Source: Tulanevirus 60ahydrpp | Taxonomy: Duplodnaviria; Heunggongvirae; Uroviricota; Caudoviricetes; Straboviridae | Strand: one strand, 5' to 3' | Virus record (IMG/VR): IMGVR_UViG_2974724359_000001 | Location: 19,795-83,794 of that record | Length of the DNA stretch: 64,000 nt | In this document: piece by piece, positions 53,095 to 63,016 of the stretch | Layout of the letters: each line of letters opens with the position of its first letter | Numbering within the stretch: the stretch's first letter is position 1 | Program-made: the position numbers and the translations under genes | Notes under the pieces: generated by a model | The model's input: only the letters and a program-made list of their open reading frames with translations | Told to the model about the DNA's origin: nothing | The model's database searches: none

Positions 53095-53349
53095 ATGGAA
53101 TTTAAAATTATTGTTTCAAGCCGCCACGCTGGTCCGATTGATCGCTACATTATGGATTTGAAAAATATCGACCGTGTTTCTCCGGGTGGTTGCGAAATGC
53201 ATATTTTACGCACTACTTCTGGTGCTGATATCATTTTCCATGCTGACGGTTATGACCCCGAATTGTACAACGAAGTTCACCGGCACGTTCATTACATTCT
53301 GAATGCCATTCGAGTGCCGGCTGGTGCACACGTTGTCGGAGTTATATAA
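53095..53349 (+). CDS. hypothetical protein
   Basis: 84 aa, RBS agaggaatatcacaATG. Confidence 0.45.
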   Translation: MEFKIIVSSRHAGPIDRYIMDLKNIDRVSPGGCEMHILRTTSGADIIFHADGYDPELYNEVHRHVHYILNAIRVPAGAHVVGVI

Positions 53350-53414
53350 CGAGAAATTATAGCTGTCAGGCCGAGAAAGCTGTTAGCGAATTTATCTATG
53401 TTGGAATAATTAAA

Positions 53415-53990
53415 ATGAATTTCAAGGGCTTTTATACCGGTGTAGGGAGTCGCGAGACTCCTGAACATATTTGTCGTTTGATGAAAGATATCGCGGCTGT
53501 TGCTGCGATCAGAGGATATACTGGACGTTCTGGCGGTGCCGATAAAGCAGATGACGCATTTGAAACTGGATTTTTGGCAGTTGCTGATAGTTTAGCCATC
53601 GACAATATGGCTGAATTTGATGTTTATCTGCCATGGAAACGATTCAATGGCCGTTTTGCACCAAAACATGCTCGCCACAACCTCATTTTACCAAGCGCCA
53701 ACGAGTGGGACGCCGAGCAAATCATGAAAACGGTCCACCCAATTTACTCCAAAGGAGGTAAATTAACGGGTGGTGCTCTTGCACTTCATACTCGAAATGT
53801 GTATCAAGTTCTAGGTTATAATCTGAAAACACCTTCAGAATTCTTGGTGTGCTATTCGGTTCCAACGGATAACGGAGTTTCTGGAGGAACAAATACTGCT
53901 TGGCAGCTTGCAATGCGTCATGGTGTGGAGTGTTATAATCTTTACAATCAGTTTGACATTGAGCGGCTTAAGGAATTTTTGGATCTGTGA
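53415..53990 (+). CDS. DprA/Smf-like Rossmann-fold protein
   Basis: 191 aa; YTGVGSRETP...GRSGGADKADDAFETG resembles DprA core (VGSR...SGxAxGxD). Confidence 0.45.
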   Translation: MNFKGFYTGVGSRETPEHICRLMKDIAAVAAIRGYTGRSGGADKADDAFETGFLAVADSLAIDNMAEFDVYLPWKRFNGRFAPKHARHNLILPSANEWDAEQIMKTVHPIYSKGGKLTGGALALHTRNVYQVLGYNLKTPSEFLVCYSVPTDNGVSGGTNTAWQLAMRHGVECYNLYNQFDIERLKEFLDL

Positions 53991-55426
53991 AACTTTACAC
54001 TCTCTCCGCTATACCAGCTGCAGGAAAAACTGCAGCTATTCTAAATCATATTGTTGAAAACAATGAAAAGGCAATTATAGCCAGCATATCTAGACAATTA
54101 TCGAAACAATCTTTCGAATACTATGTCGGCCTGGGCGGAGAAGGCGAGTTAGTTGACACCGATAACCGCCAAGGTCAAAAGTCAGTGCATGAAGCAGTTA
54201 TCAAAGCATCCGAAGAATTTGACGTGATTTTTATAACGCATGCGGCTTTAATGGGCCTTCGAGATATTGACGCTTTAAAAGATTTTAATCTTTATATCGA
54301 CGAGGTTCCAGAATTAACAAGCTTCGAGCGCTTTACTTTCACAACATCAGTCGAAAGCCACATACTCGAATTGTGCAAAATAGATGAAACTGGACTATTA
54401 GAGCTGCGTGATGAGCATCGAAAATCAGTCCAAAAAATGGCAATAGATGGCTTTAGAGGAAATGATGACATTTATTCAACACTTTTTCCGTTGTATAAAG
54501 CACTGCTGACGGGTGTCCCTGTCAGGCTGTCAGTAGAGGGAGGTGTGACGCAATGTTATTACGTGAATGATGCGTCAAATGATGATTGGGCAAAATTCAA
54601 GTCAATAACTGTCTGTTCTGCAAATTTCGAGCAGACTTTTACTGGCATGATTATGAAGCATTTTAACGGATGGGAATTTGAAGAGTCTCCGCTAGTTGAG
54701 CGGTTGGCTTTCCGAGTTTATCCTAAAACTGCTCGTGTAAAAATTCACGTAATGTTTGATGATGATTGGTCGCGTTACAAAGCCGACAAGGAAGTAGATG
54801 GGATTTCGAATTACACTCGCATCGAAAATACTCTCGACACAATCATAAATGGTGATTTCATTTACACCCGAAATTCGTATCGGCCAAGAATGCCAAAGGG
54901 GACGGAAGTTCCTTATAACCCACACGGTCTAAACAACTATTCGGATTATACCAATGTGGTTGTGATGTTTTCGTATAATCCGGCACCTTGGCAAGTTCCA
55001 ATTTTGAAAGAACTCGCAAAGTCGGTAGGCTTAGATGAAAGTGCAATGGTTGACGCGTACATAGTTTCAAAGTATCTTGAACCCGCATTTCAACTTTGCG
55101 CAAGATGTGATATCCGAAATGAACATTCGCTAAAACCCATCAACCTGTATGTTCCTGATATGAAATTAGCTCAATATATGTTGAGATATTTGCCGCACGC
55201 TGAGATATGTGACGGTAATTCAATCGAAAATCACAAACAGGTAAAAAGAAATCGAGAATCGTATCAAGCGTTATACCAAATGACCGAGAAAGAAAGGTTC
55301 AAATACAAGTATCTGCTGAGAAAACTTGGGCGAATACTCGATATCAATTCTGCGGAAGACCAGGAAATTGTCCAGGACTGGATAATCAAAACACGAGAAA
55401 AAGCCAAAAAGAAGGCCTCTACATGA
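53987..55426 (+). CDS. P-loop NTPase, possible helicase/ATPase
   Basis: 479 aa; Walker A AIPAAGKTAAI, Walker B LYIDEVPE. Confidence 0.5.
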   Translation: MKLYTLSAIPAAGKTAAILNHIVENNEKAIIASISRQLSKQSFEYYVGLGGEGELVDTDNRQGQKSVHEAVIKASEEFDVIFITHAALMGLRDIDALKDFNLYIDEVPELTSFERFTFTTSVESHILELCKIDETGLLELRDEHRKSVQKMAIDGFRGNDDIYSTLFPLYKALLTGVPVRLSVEGGVTQCYYVNDASNDDWAKFKSITVCSANFEQTFTGMIMKHFNGWEFEESPLVERLAFRVYPKTARVKIHVMFDDDWSRYKADKEVDGISNYTRIENTLDTIINGDFIYTRNSYRPRMPKGTEVPYNPHGLNNYSDYTNVVVMFSYNPAPWQVPILKELAKSVGLDESAMVDAYIVSKYLEPAFQLCARCDIRNEHSLKPINLYVPDMKLAQYMLRYLPHAEICDGNSIENHKQVKRNRESYQALYQMTEKERFKYKYLLRKLGRILDINSAEDQEIVQDWIIKTREKAKKKAST

Positions 55427-55546
55427 GGCCTTTGTTGTATGCGTATGATAACACAGGGATCACTCTGGGGTTATCAGGAATTTTTGATGATAGGTTATTA
55501 GTCTAATGACCTTGTTTAAACCTGATTGATTATAGAAATCCTGGCT

Positions 55547-55645
55547 CCAGGTTCAAGCTTGCTTGAACTTATCTTTTTATCCTTTTAGTTATAATATCTA
55601 TTAAGCCATAAAGGATAAGTTTTGGCAGGGCCAAAACCTGCAGGC
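55547..55645. repeat. structured intergenic element copy B (core inverted relative to copy A at 11754-11863)
   Basis: gttcaagc-ttg-cttgaac hairpin, core tttttatccttttagttataatatctattaagccataaaggataa (reverse complement of copy A core), ttttggcagggccaaaa hairpin, cctgcagg. Confidence 0.7.
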
Positions 55646-55711
55646 AGTAAAGTTAAATAAGTTTAGCAAGCTTATTAGTATGATATAATCAATCATAGGA
55701 GGAATTGCCCT

Positions 55712-56230
55712 ATGAAATATGTTGACAATGAAGTTCTATACCAGAATATTTGCAAATGGAAACAAGATATGCGTGATGCGGGGCATCACATCAAGATGCC
55801 AGATGCAATTGGTATAGACATTATGAAGATTGCAAAAGGTTTTACCGGATATTACAAATTTGCTGGATATACGCAAAATTGGAAAGACGGAATGATATCT
55901 GATGCAGTCGAAGCTGTTGTAAAGGGTTTGATAAATTTCGATGAAGATAATTACAAAAACCCTCATGCTTATATCACACAGGCTTGTTACCGTGCCTTTA
56001 TTGGACGCATCAAGTACGAAAAACACGAAATGGCAATCAAATATCGCTATTTTTTGACAAACGTGTATGACGAACATGATGAGGATATGTCGCGATTGGT
56101 TGATGAGAATTTCATCCAAGACATCCATGGCAAACTAGTAGCCTATGAATCATCCCTTAAATCTAAAAAGAAAGATAAAGAGGATGTTCCTAATTTGGAT
56201 TCATTCTATGAAGACGACCCTGAAGATTAA
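55712..56230 (+). CDS. gp55: late-transcription sigma factor gp55
   Basis: 172 aa; FAGYTQNWKDGMISDAVEAVVKGLINFDEDNYKNPHAYITQACYRAF nearly identical in pattern to T4 gp55. Confidence 0.9.
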   Translation: MKYVDNEVLYQNICKWKQDMRDAGHHIKMPDAIGIDIMKIAKGFTGYYKFAGYTQNWKDGMISDAVEAVVKGLINFDEDNYKNPHAYITQACYRAFIGRIKYEKHEMAIKYRYFLTNVYDEHDEDMSRLVDENFIQDIHGKLVAYESSLKSKKKDKEDVPNLDSFYEDDPED

Positions 56231-56432
56231 TCTTTTACCCATCATTGATTCAACATGCGGAGAAATAGAATTATTAGCGTATTTCGTAAAACTCCAATTA
56301 TTGGATTATAATATTCCTGTAGTTTTAAATCCTGCCAATATTTCATGGCAGCCGTTCGAAGTAGAAACTGGCCAACTCGATTGGCATATTGATGTAGACA
56401 CAATGACAATGGAGATTTCATATGTCGCCTGA
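56208..56432 (+). CDS. hypothetical protein
   Basis: 74 aa from ATG 56208, overlapping gp55 end. Confidence 0.35.
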   Translation: MKTTLKINLLPIIDSTCGEIELLAYFVKLQLLDYNIPVVLNPANISWQPFEVETGQLDWHIDVDTMTMEISYVA

Positions 56433-56766
56433 TTACGATGTTGACCTTAGCACTGGTGCAGAAGCTCTGAGTGAAGTTTATGACCAAAATCTCATGGATT
56501 TACAAGAACATCTTGAAAAACAAGCTGAGAAAAAAGCCGCAAAGCATCTTAAAACTCATGGGAGAGAAATTAAGCGGCTGAAGAAACATGCTGAACGAGC
56601 TTTATTCGCAAACAATAAAGAACAGTATGCATATGCTATCAGTAAACTTCGTACCCTTTACAAGCAAAAGCAACTTCCTTATTCTGCAATGACCACTATG
56701 TTTGAAACTAGTCGTCAACAAATTGTTGACATGGCTAAAGCCTTTAATGCTGGTGTGAATAATTAG
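56422..56766 (+). CDS. hypothetical protein
   Basis: 114 aa ORF. Confidence 0.5.
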   Translation: MSPDYDVDLSTGAEALSEVYDQNLMDLQEHLEKQAEKKAAKHLKTHGREIKRLKKHAERALFANNKEQYAYAISKLRTLYKQKQLPYSAMTTMFETSRQQIVDMAKAFNAGVNN

Positions 56767-56774
56767 TGATATAA

Positions 56775-56798
56775 TAGGCTCCACGGAGCCTATTTTTG
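56775..56798 (+). terminator. rho-independent terminator
   Basis: ataggctccacggagcctatttttg. Confidence 0.8.
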
Positions 56799-56906
56799 TA
56801 TCTATTGAGATGTTTGTTACTTATTTGGCTTACCATTCGTATGATCATCTTCGGAAAAGCGAATAAGGCACTGATTGTAAAGGCTCAATCAAAAATTTAA
56901 AGAAGG

Positions 56907-57980
56907 GTGATTATGAAAACTCTATTTCTAGGTGATTTGCATATTGGGGTAAAGGAAGATGACCCATGGCATGAAAATATAATTCTTTCTTCCATCGAGC
57001 AAGCCATTGCTTATTCAAAAGCTAATGGGATAACCCAATGGCTTCAATCGGGAGATTTCTTTGATGTTCGCAAAGCCGTAACACAACGAACAATGCGGTT
57101 TGTTAGAACTAAAATAACGACACTGCTTAGAGAAGCAGGGATAACATGCTATGTTATTGTGGGTAACCATGACTTAATGCTGAAGGACAAAATTCACCCT
57201 AATAGCGTGACAGAGATTTTAGGCAAAGACGATGTTTATGTTGTTATCGATTCTCCAACCACCGTTAAATTCGAACACATAGACATTGACCTTATTCCGT
57301 GGTTGTGTAAAGAAAATGCGTCGGACATTTTTGAGTTTGTCAAAAAGTCAGAATCCCCGTGGTGTCTTGGCCATTGGGAACTAAGCGGATTCTATTTCTA
57401 CAAAAATATTCCGAGTTCGGGATACAGTGGAGATTTTTTGAAAAAGTATGAAAAAGTTGTCTCTGGACATTTTCATACTCAATCAGGAGGTGAAAATATT
57501 CACTACATCGGCACTCCTTATACGATTACAGCCGGTGATGAAGATGACCCTCGCGGTTTCTGGGTTCTTGACACAGAAACCCGTGAATTTGAATTTATTC
57601 CGAATTCCAAAACATGGCACAGACGACTGACTTATCCTGGTGTTACATTAGAAGAAATTCGAGAGTGCTCTGGCTGTTCAGTTCGTTTGATTGCTAATGA
57701 AGTTGATGAAGGCTTGACAAAAGTTGAATTTCTTCTGTCTAAAATTGTTCATGATTTGAGAACCATCAACAAATCTGCTAAAATTGAAGTTGATTCTTCA
57801 TCTGATATAACCGATGATGGTGAAACTCTTACTGTTTCATCTATGGATACTTCTGGTAGTTCGATGACCATAATGGGTTTATTCGCCGAAAGTGTCGCAA
57901 ATTCCAGTATCGGTGCAGAACATAAAGAAGCAATCGTAATTATGGCAAATGAACTTTATGCTGAGGCTATTGCGTCATGA
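56907..57980 (+). CDS. gp47: recombination endonuclease subunit gp47 (Mre11-like)
   Basis: 357 aa; calcineurin-like phosphoesterase motifs LFLGDLHIG, GNHD, GHFH; followed by gp46. Confidence 0.85.
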   Translation: MIMKTLFLGDLHIGVKEDDPWHENIILSSIEQAIAYSKANGITQWLQSGDFFDVRKAVTQRTMRFVRTKITTLLREAGITCYVIVGNHDLMLKDKIHPNSVTEILGKDDVYVVIDSPTTVKFEHIDIDLIPWLCKENASDIFEFVKKSESPWCLGHWELSGFYFYKNIPSSGYSGDFLKKYEKVVSGHFHTQSGGENIHYIGTPYTITAGDEDDPRGFWVLDTETREFEFIPNSKTWHRRLTYPGVTLEEIRECSGCSVRLIANEVDEGLTKVEFLLSKIVHDLRTINKSAKIEVDSSSDITDDGETLTVSSMDTSGSSMTIMGLFAESVANSSIGAEHKEAIVIMANELYAEAIAS

Positions 57981-59689
57981 TTGAAATTAAAAAGAAGCAG
58001 CTTGGATTTATTCGAGTTCGCTATAAAAACATCATGTCTGTGGGCGATGATCCTATCGATATGTCGCTTAACAAATATGCTAAAACACTGTGTACCGGTA
58101 AAAATGGTGCCGGAAAATCGACAATGCTGGAGGCAATTTATTTTGCGTTATTCGGTAAACCTTTTCGAGATATTACAAAAAACCAACTGCTGAATGAAAA
58201 CACTGGCAAAAATTTGTTAGTGGAACTTTGGCTGGAATACGAAGAAAAGGTTTATCACATTACACGTGGAATTAAGCCTAATAAGTTTTCGATAACTTGT
58301 GACGGTGTGGCTATAGATGCTGCAGCATCAGTTAAAGATTTTCAGTCATATTTCGAAGAAATGATTGGAATGAATTCTACCAGTTTTAAACAGATAGTTG
58401 TTTTGGGCACTGCTGGATATACGCCGTTTATGCAACTAAAAGCGCCAGAAAGGCGCAAACTTGTGGAAGATTTGCTGGAAGTATCCGTCTTAGCTCAAAT
58501 GGATAAAATCAATAAAGCCAGGATTAAAGAGTTAAACCAGGATATCACTTCAGTTGATATGGAAATAAACCATATCAACTCACAGTTGAAAACATACCAG
58601 GATCACCAGAATAACTCTAATGCATCCAATGCTGCTGCTATATCCGACCATCAGGCAGTATATGACACTGCTCGAGAAAAAGCAAAAGAAATCAAGTCGG
58701 CTATTGATTTGCTCACAACGCAAATTACAGAATTCGTGATGCCTGATTCCCCTGCATCCGATCTTGGCAAGTTTACAATGGCTAGAGCAAAAGCCGCAGC
58801 GCAACATGAACAATTTTCCGGTATTGCTCATATGCATGAAGGCGGTGGAACGTGTCCAACATGCATGCAACAATTTGACGATCCTGAACTGCTAGTGAAA
58901 TTGCGTGATAAAATGTCGCAGATCCAAGGTCAACTTGATAAAGCCGATATTCGCATAAATGAACTCAACCAAAAAATGATAGAGTTCAATGAAGCAGCTG
59001 TTAATTTCCGCGATCTTCAGAATAAGTTAAACAACGAAAAACAGTCTATTGCTCTTTATGTTAACCAAGCAAAAGCTGCAAAAGCTGCAATCGAGCGTCT
59101 GCAAGATGAAAGAACAGATTACACATCGGAAATCGACCAACTCGGGAATAACCTACGTCTAAAAATTAGTGCTAAGTCTGATTTAGAAAAAGAGAAGCAC
59201 CGTAGGTCTTTGATAGCTGATCTTTTGAAGGATTCGGGAATTAAAGCCGTCATCATGGCCCGCTATATTCCGTATTTCAATAATCGCATCTCTCATTATC
59301 TTGATATAATGGATGCAGATTTTGGATTTACTCTTGATTCCGAATTTAAAGAAGTAATAAAATCTTCAGGAAGAAGCACATTCAGTTATAACAGTTTTTC
59401 TCAAGGCGAAAAAGCTCGTATTGACATGGCTGTCATGTTTGCTTGGCGTGATTTAGCATCTGAAGTTTCTGGTGTAGATGTTAATGCGCTGTTTATGGAT
59501 GAAGTATTTGACGGTCCTTCTGATGATGATGCACAACGTTCAGTGTTTTCAATCATAGAAAACATGAAAGCCAACGTGTTTATCATTTCGCATGGAGAAC
59601 ACGATCCTCAGAAATTTGACAGACACATTGTAATGTCAAAGCTAGGGAGAACTAGCGTAATGAATGAGGTAATTTTTGATGTTTTATAA
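57977..59689 (+). CDS. gp46: recombination endonuclease subunit gp46 (Rad50/SbcC-like ATPase)
   Basis: 570 aa; Walker A GKNGAGKST, long coiled coil with CPTC zinc hook, C-terminal signature and D-loop. Confidence 0.85.
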   Translation: MIEIKKKQLGFIRVRYKNIMSVGDDPIDMSLNKYAKTLCTGKNGAGKSTMLEAIYFALFGKPFRDITKNQLLNENTGKNLLVELWLEYEEKVYHITRGIKPNKFSITCDGVAIDAAASVKDFQSYFEEMIGMNSTSFKQIVVLGTAGYTPFMQLKAPERRKLVEDLLEVSVLAQMDKINKARIKELNQDITSVDMEINHINSQLKTYQDHQNNSNASNAAAISDHQAVYDTAREKAKEIKSAIDLLTTQITEFVMPDSPASDLGKFTMARAKAAAQHEQFSGIAHMHEGGGTCPTCMQQFDDPELLVKLRDKMSQIQGQLDKADIRINELNQKMIEFNEAAVNFRDLQNKLNNEKQSIALYVNQAKAAKAAIERLQDERTDYTSEIDQLGNNLRLKISAKSDLEKEKHRRSLIADLLKDSGIKAVIMARYIPYFNNRISHYLDIMDADFGFTLDSEFKEVIKSSGRSTFSYNSFSQGEKARIDMAVMFAWRDLASEVSGVDVNALFMDEVFDGPSDDDAQRSVFSIIENMKANVFIISHGEHDPQKFDRHIVMSKLGRTSVMNEVIFDVL

Positions 59690-59861
59690 TCTTCCAACAA
59701 CTGCTCCTGAAATAAGGAGTTATAATTTGACCGATGAATATGGTCACGTTAATTTGGTCGTCACGGATGACGACCTGAAACAGGTCTTCAGTGAAGAAGA
59801 TATCCGCAAGTTGAAATCAAATCGCCATGCTTATTACAATTTAGTTGAAATTTTCGACTAA
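59676..59861 (+). CDS. hypothetical protein
   Basis: 61 aa ORF overlapping gp46 stop. Confidence 0.4.
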   Translation: MMFYNLPTTAPEIRSYNLTDEYGHVNLVVTDDDLKQVFSEEDIRKLKSNRHAYYNLVEIFD

Positions 59862-59921
59862 TGATTTGCGTGAATAGAAATTATATTAGAATGTTCGTTA
59901 TAAACACACTGAGGAATATGT

Positions 59922-60275
59922 ATGCGTAATCAAGCCGTTGTTTTCGTACCAGCCGATATCCGCCCGATGAGCGATAACGTGTTTGAAAATTCTGTTAAAA
60001 TCCGAAAAGCTTGGGTATCATTTATCAGTGATATTCGTGCAAACCAATTGCAAGCTCTTGAGCAGAAAATTCGGTTCGAACTATATGCCGAAATTGATAA
60101 AATGGTTCGAGACATGTATATCGATTTGCTCGTACGTCGTCGAGAAAGCATTCTGGCCAATGGCGGATATCATGTTAAAGGAATGAACGACAAAAAAGTA
60201 CTGGCCAAACAATTCCAATACGACACTGACGAACTGATTATTCAAGCTGCTCAGACTGTCATGGCAGATTACTAA
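59922..60275 (+). CDS. hypothetical protein (position of T4 rpbA/45.x)
   Basis: 117 aa ORF upstream of gp45. Confidence 0.5.
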   Translation: MRNQAVVFVPADIRPMSDNVFENSVKIRKAWVSFISDIRANQLQALEQKIRFELYAEIDKMVRDMYIDLLVRRRESILANGGYHVKGMNDKKVLAKQFQYDTDELIIQAAQTVMADY

Positions 60276-60328
60276 TAAGCTATATCGTAGTTGTGTTATA
60301 ATATTTCAAATACTGAAAGGAATATGAA

Positions 60329-61000
60329 ATGAAACTTACAAAAGAAACACTGTCCGTAATGAAGAATTTTGCAGCTATCAATCCATCTCTGCGACTTACC
60401 CCTGGCAATTTCATCATGACCAAGTCGGTAAATGGTGTTGCATACGCTGAAGCTACAATCGCTGATGAAATTGATTCCGAGCTGAACATTTATGACCTTC
60501 CTAACTTCCTGTCAATTCTTGGTCAATTGGGCGAAGGTTCTGACATCAATCTCTCAAACGGGGAAATTGTCATCCAGAATGGTCGTGCAAAAGTAAATCT
60601 GCCTGATGCTGAATCTTCAGTCATTGTGGTTCCGAAGCAACGGCTGCGTATGCCACCGGCTGATGTAGAGTTTGACCTGAAAGCCGAAGATTTAGCAGAA
60701 ATTCTCAAAATCTCTCGAGCCGTTGGTGCAGACCGCATCGCGATTACTAATCGCAATGACCATATCGTTATTGATGCATTTGCAGTCGAAGACGGCGATA
60801 ATGCACGAACCCGATATTCTTTGACAGTCTGTCCGTATGAAGGCACCAACAACTTCAGCTTCGTTATCAACCTTGAAAACGTCAGTGTCGTTATTGCCGA
60901 TTACAAAATCAATATTTCTTCTAAGGGCGCTGCTCAATTCCAAGGAATCAATACTGCATACGTATTTGTCCTTGAAACATCTTCAAAGCACGACTTCTAA
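60329..61000 (+). CDS. gp45: sliding clamp gp45
   Basis: 223 aa; MKLTKETLSVMKNFAAIN...FIMTKSVNG..YAEA, C-terminal ETSSKHDF match T4 gp45. Confidence 0.9.
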   Translation: MKLTKETLSVMKNFAAINPSLRLTPGNFIMTKSVNGVAYAEATIADEIDSELNIYDLPNFLSILGQLGEGSDINLSNGEIVIQNGRAKVNLPDAESSVIVVPKQRLRMPPADVEFDLKAEDLAEILKISRAVGADRIAITNRNDHIVIDAFAVEDGDNARTRYSLTVCPYEGTNNFSFVINLENVSVVIADYKINISSKGAAQFQGINTAYVFVLETSSKHDF

Positions 61001-61021
61001 TAAATCCTGGTGTGATATAAT

Positions 61022-61048
61022 GCGGGTGTAAAAGCCCGCTTTCTTTTG
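61022..61048 (+). terminator. rho-independent terminator
   Basis: gcgggtgtaaaagcccgctttcttttg. Confidence 0.7.
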
Positions 61049-61062
61049 AGAGGAATTTTAAT

Positions 61063-62028
61063 ATGTTGACAGTTAATGCCGGCGAATTCATGTTTGAAAA
61101 CAAATATCGTCCAGGAACAATCGATGAATGCATTTTGCCAGAATATGACAAAAAGATTTTCAAATCTATTGTCAAATCTGGTCGTATCCCCAACATTATT
61201 CTTCATTCTCCTTCCCCAGGCACAGGTAAAACTACCGTCGCCAAAGCTCTGGTATCAGAAGTTGAAGCCGAGTTTCTGTTCGTTAACGGCGCAGACGCAA
61301 AAATTGATTTTGTTCGCGATGTTATGACCCCATTTGCAAGCTCTAAAACTATGGCAGCAGGTGGAAAAGTAATTATCATCGATGAATTCGATCGAGCAGG
61401 TCTTGCAGATTCTCAGCGTCATCTTCGCTCATTCATGGAAGCTCATTCCAAAAATTGCACATTTATCATTACTGCGAATGATTTGGGTGGAATTATTCCA
61501 GCACTTCAATCACGGTGTCGTGTTATTCAATTTGGTAAAGCCGATCAATCTGATAAAGTCAATATGATGAAACAGATGATTGTTCGTGCCGAAGCAATTT
61601 GTGATGCTGAAAATATCGAAGTTGAAGATCGCAAAGTTATTGCCGCTTTGGTTAAAAAGAACTTCCCTGATTTCCGTAAAACTGTCAACGAGATGGATTT
61701 CTATGCATCCGAAGGTAAAATTGACAGCGGTATTCTGAGTCTGGTTCTCAATACCCGCAACGATATCGAACAAGTCATTGATGCACTTAAAGCTAAAGAT
61801 TTGAAATCGCTTCGTGCAATGGCTGGTCAATACACGACTGATTACGCTGGTTTTGTTGAACGTCTATGTAATGCATTGTACCCGCTCGTTAATGGTCCGG
61901 CAAAAATTCGCATGTACGAAATTATCGGTGAAAACAACCAACTGTTTGGCCAAGCCGCAAATATCGAGATTCATGTTCAATATATGTTCGTTCAGCTTGC
62001 CGTAGAATTCCATGGTAACTGGCTGTAA
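61063..62028 (+). CDS. gp44: clamp loader large subunit gp44
   Basis: 321 aa; KYRPGTIDECILP, ILHSPSPGTGKTTVAKAL, IIDEFDR, QSRCRVIQFG collinear with T4 gp44. Confidence 0.9.
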   Translation: MLTVNAGEFMFENKYRPGTIDECILPEYDKKIFKSIVKSGRIPNIILHSPSPGTGKTTVAKALVSEVEAEFLFVNGADAKIDFVRDVMTPFASSKTMAAGGKVIIIDEFDRAGLADSQRHLRSFMEAHSKNCTFIITANDLGGIIPALQSRCRVIQFGKADQSDKVNMMKQMIVRAEAICDAENIEVEDRKVIAALVKKNFPDFRKTVNEMDFYASEGKIDSGILSLVLNTRNDIEQVIDALKAKDLKSLRAMAGQYTTDYAGFVERLCNALYPLVNGPAKIRMYEIIGENNQLFGQAANIEIHVQYMFVQLAVEFHGNWL

Positions 62029-62038
62029 GGAGTTCGAT

Positions 62039-62611
62039 ATGAATTTGAATTTCCTTATGGGTGATGATGAGCAACTCAATGAGCACGAAATTGCTTGGAA
62101 ATCGAAAGATTGGGATGCCGTATCAGCATTAGCTGATTCGTTCAAAGAACCTGCCGAAAACAATGCATTCGCATTGTTGGATGATATCACTTACACCAAA
62201 ACGGAAAGATGTGTATCAAATAGTGATTATCCGGCATGGTTTATCAATAATGCTCTTTCGATGCATGCCGAAACACTGTATTCGGCATACGTCATGAATC
62301 TTCTGTCAGCATTGCCGGCCCAAGCGCAATACAATTACCTGGTGTCATCTGTAAGAAAAGGCAAGATTTACGGCAAATGGCCTAAACTAGATGAATCAAT
62401 CAACGAAAAGCTTTATATTGCCGTTATACAAGCAGCGAATAACGTTGATTTGCATACCGCAAAGATGTATATGCAAATCATGCAAAGGCGAAACACTTTG
62501 AATGATTTTCTGAAAAATCACAAATTTATTGTAACTCCAGCATTTGTTAAAACTGTTGCGAAAACAGCAAAAGATCAAACGCAGATGCTTAAGTTGGCTA
62601 AAAAATTCTAA
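62039..62611 (+). CDS. gp62: clamp loader small subunit gp62
   Basis: 190 aa from ATG 62039; LNEHEIAWKSKDWDAVSALADSFKEPAEN matches T4 gp62. Confidence 0.85.
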   Translation: MNLNFLMGDDEQLNEHEIAWKSKDWDAVSALADSFKEPAENNAFALLDDITYTKTERCVSNSDYPAWFINNALSMHAETLYSAYVMNLLSALPAQAQYNYLVSSVRKGKIYGKWPKLDESINEKLYIAVIQAANNVDLHTAKMYMQIMQRRNTLNDFLKNHKFIVTPAFVKTVAKTAKDQTQMLKLAKKF

Positions 62612-62620
62612 GGTTTTCTT

Positions 62621-62977
62621 ATGATCCAAATCGATATCAATCATCCTGATGATTTTCTGAAAATTGCTGAAACACTTACACGAATTGGCATTGCTTCTAA
62701 TAAAGAAAAGAAACTTTATCAAAGCTGCCATATTCTTCAAAAGCAAGGCAAATATTTCATTGTTCATTTCAAGGAAATGCTGAAACTAGATGGTCTACCA
62801 GTATCAATTTCCGAAGAAGATATTTCTAGACGAAATAATATTGCTTCGTTGCTTCAGTCATGGAATTTGTGTAAAATACTAACTCCTATTGAATTGTCAA
62901 CTCACAATAATTTTAGAGTTATTAGCCACAAGCAAAAGTGTGAATGGCAGCTTATCGCGAAGTATAAATTTGGTTAA
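62621..62977 (+). CDS. regA: translational repressor RegA
   Basis: 118 aa; DFLKIAETLTRIGIASNKEKKLYQSCHILQKQGKYFIVHFKEML and NNFRVISHKQK match T4 RegA. Confidence 0.9.
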   Translation: MIQIDINHPDDFLKIAETLTRIGIASNKEKKLYQSCHILQKQGKYFIVHFKEMLKLDGLPVSISEEDISRRNNIASLLQSWNLCKILTPIELSTHNNFRVISHKQKCEWQLIAKYKFG

Positions 62978-63016
62978 TGAAATGGCCTCTGTTGAGGCCA
63001 TTTAGAAGGATATATT

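Noticed and set aside
55559-55599. MotA-box-like TGCTTGA upstream of the TATAAT in element copy B, as a T4-type middle promoter
   Set aside because: Spacing from the TGCTT to the -10 is ~30 nt instead of ~21 nt, so it does not fit the middle-promoter geometry.
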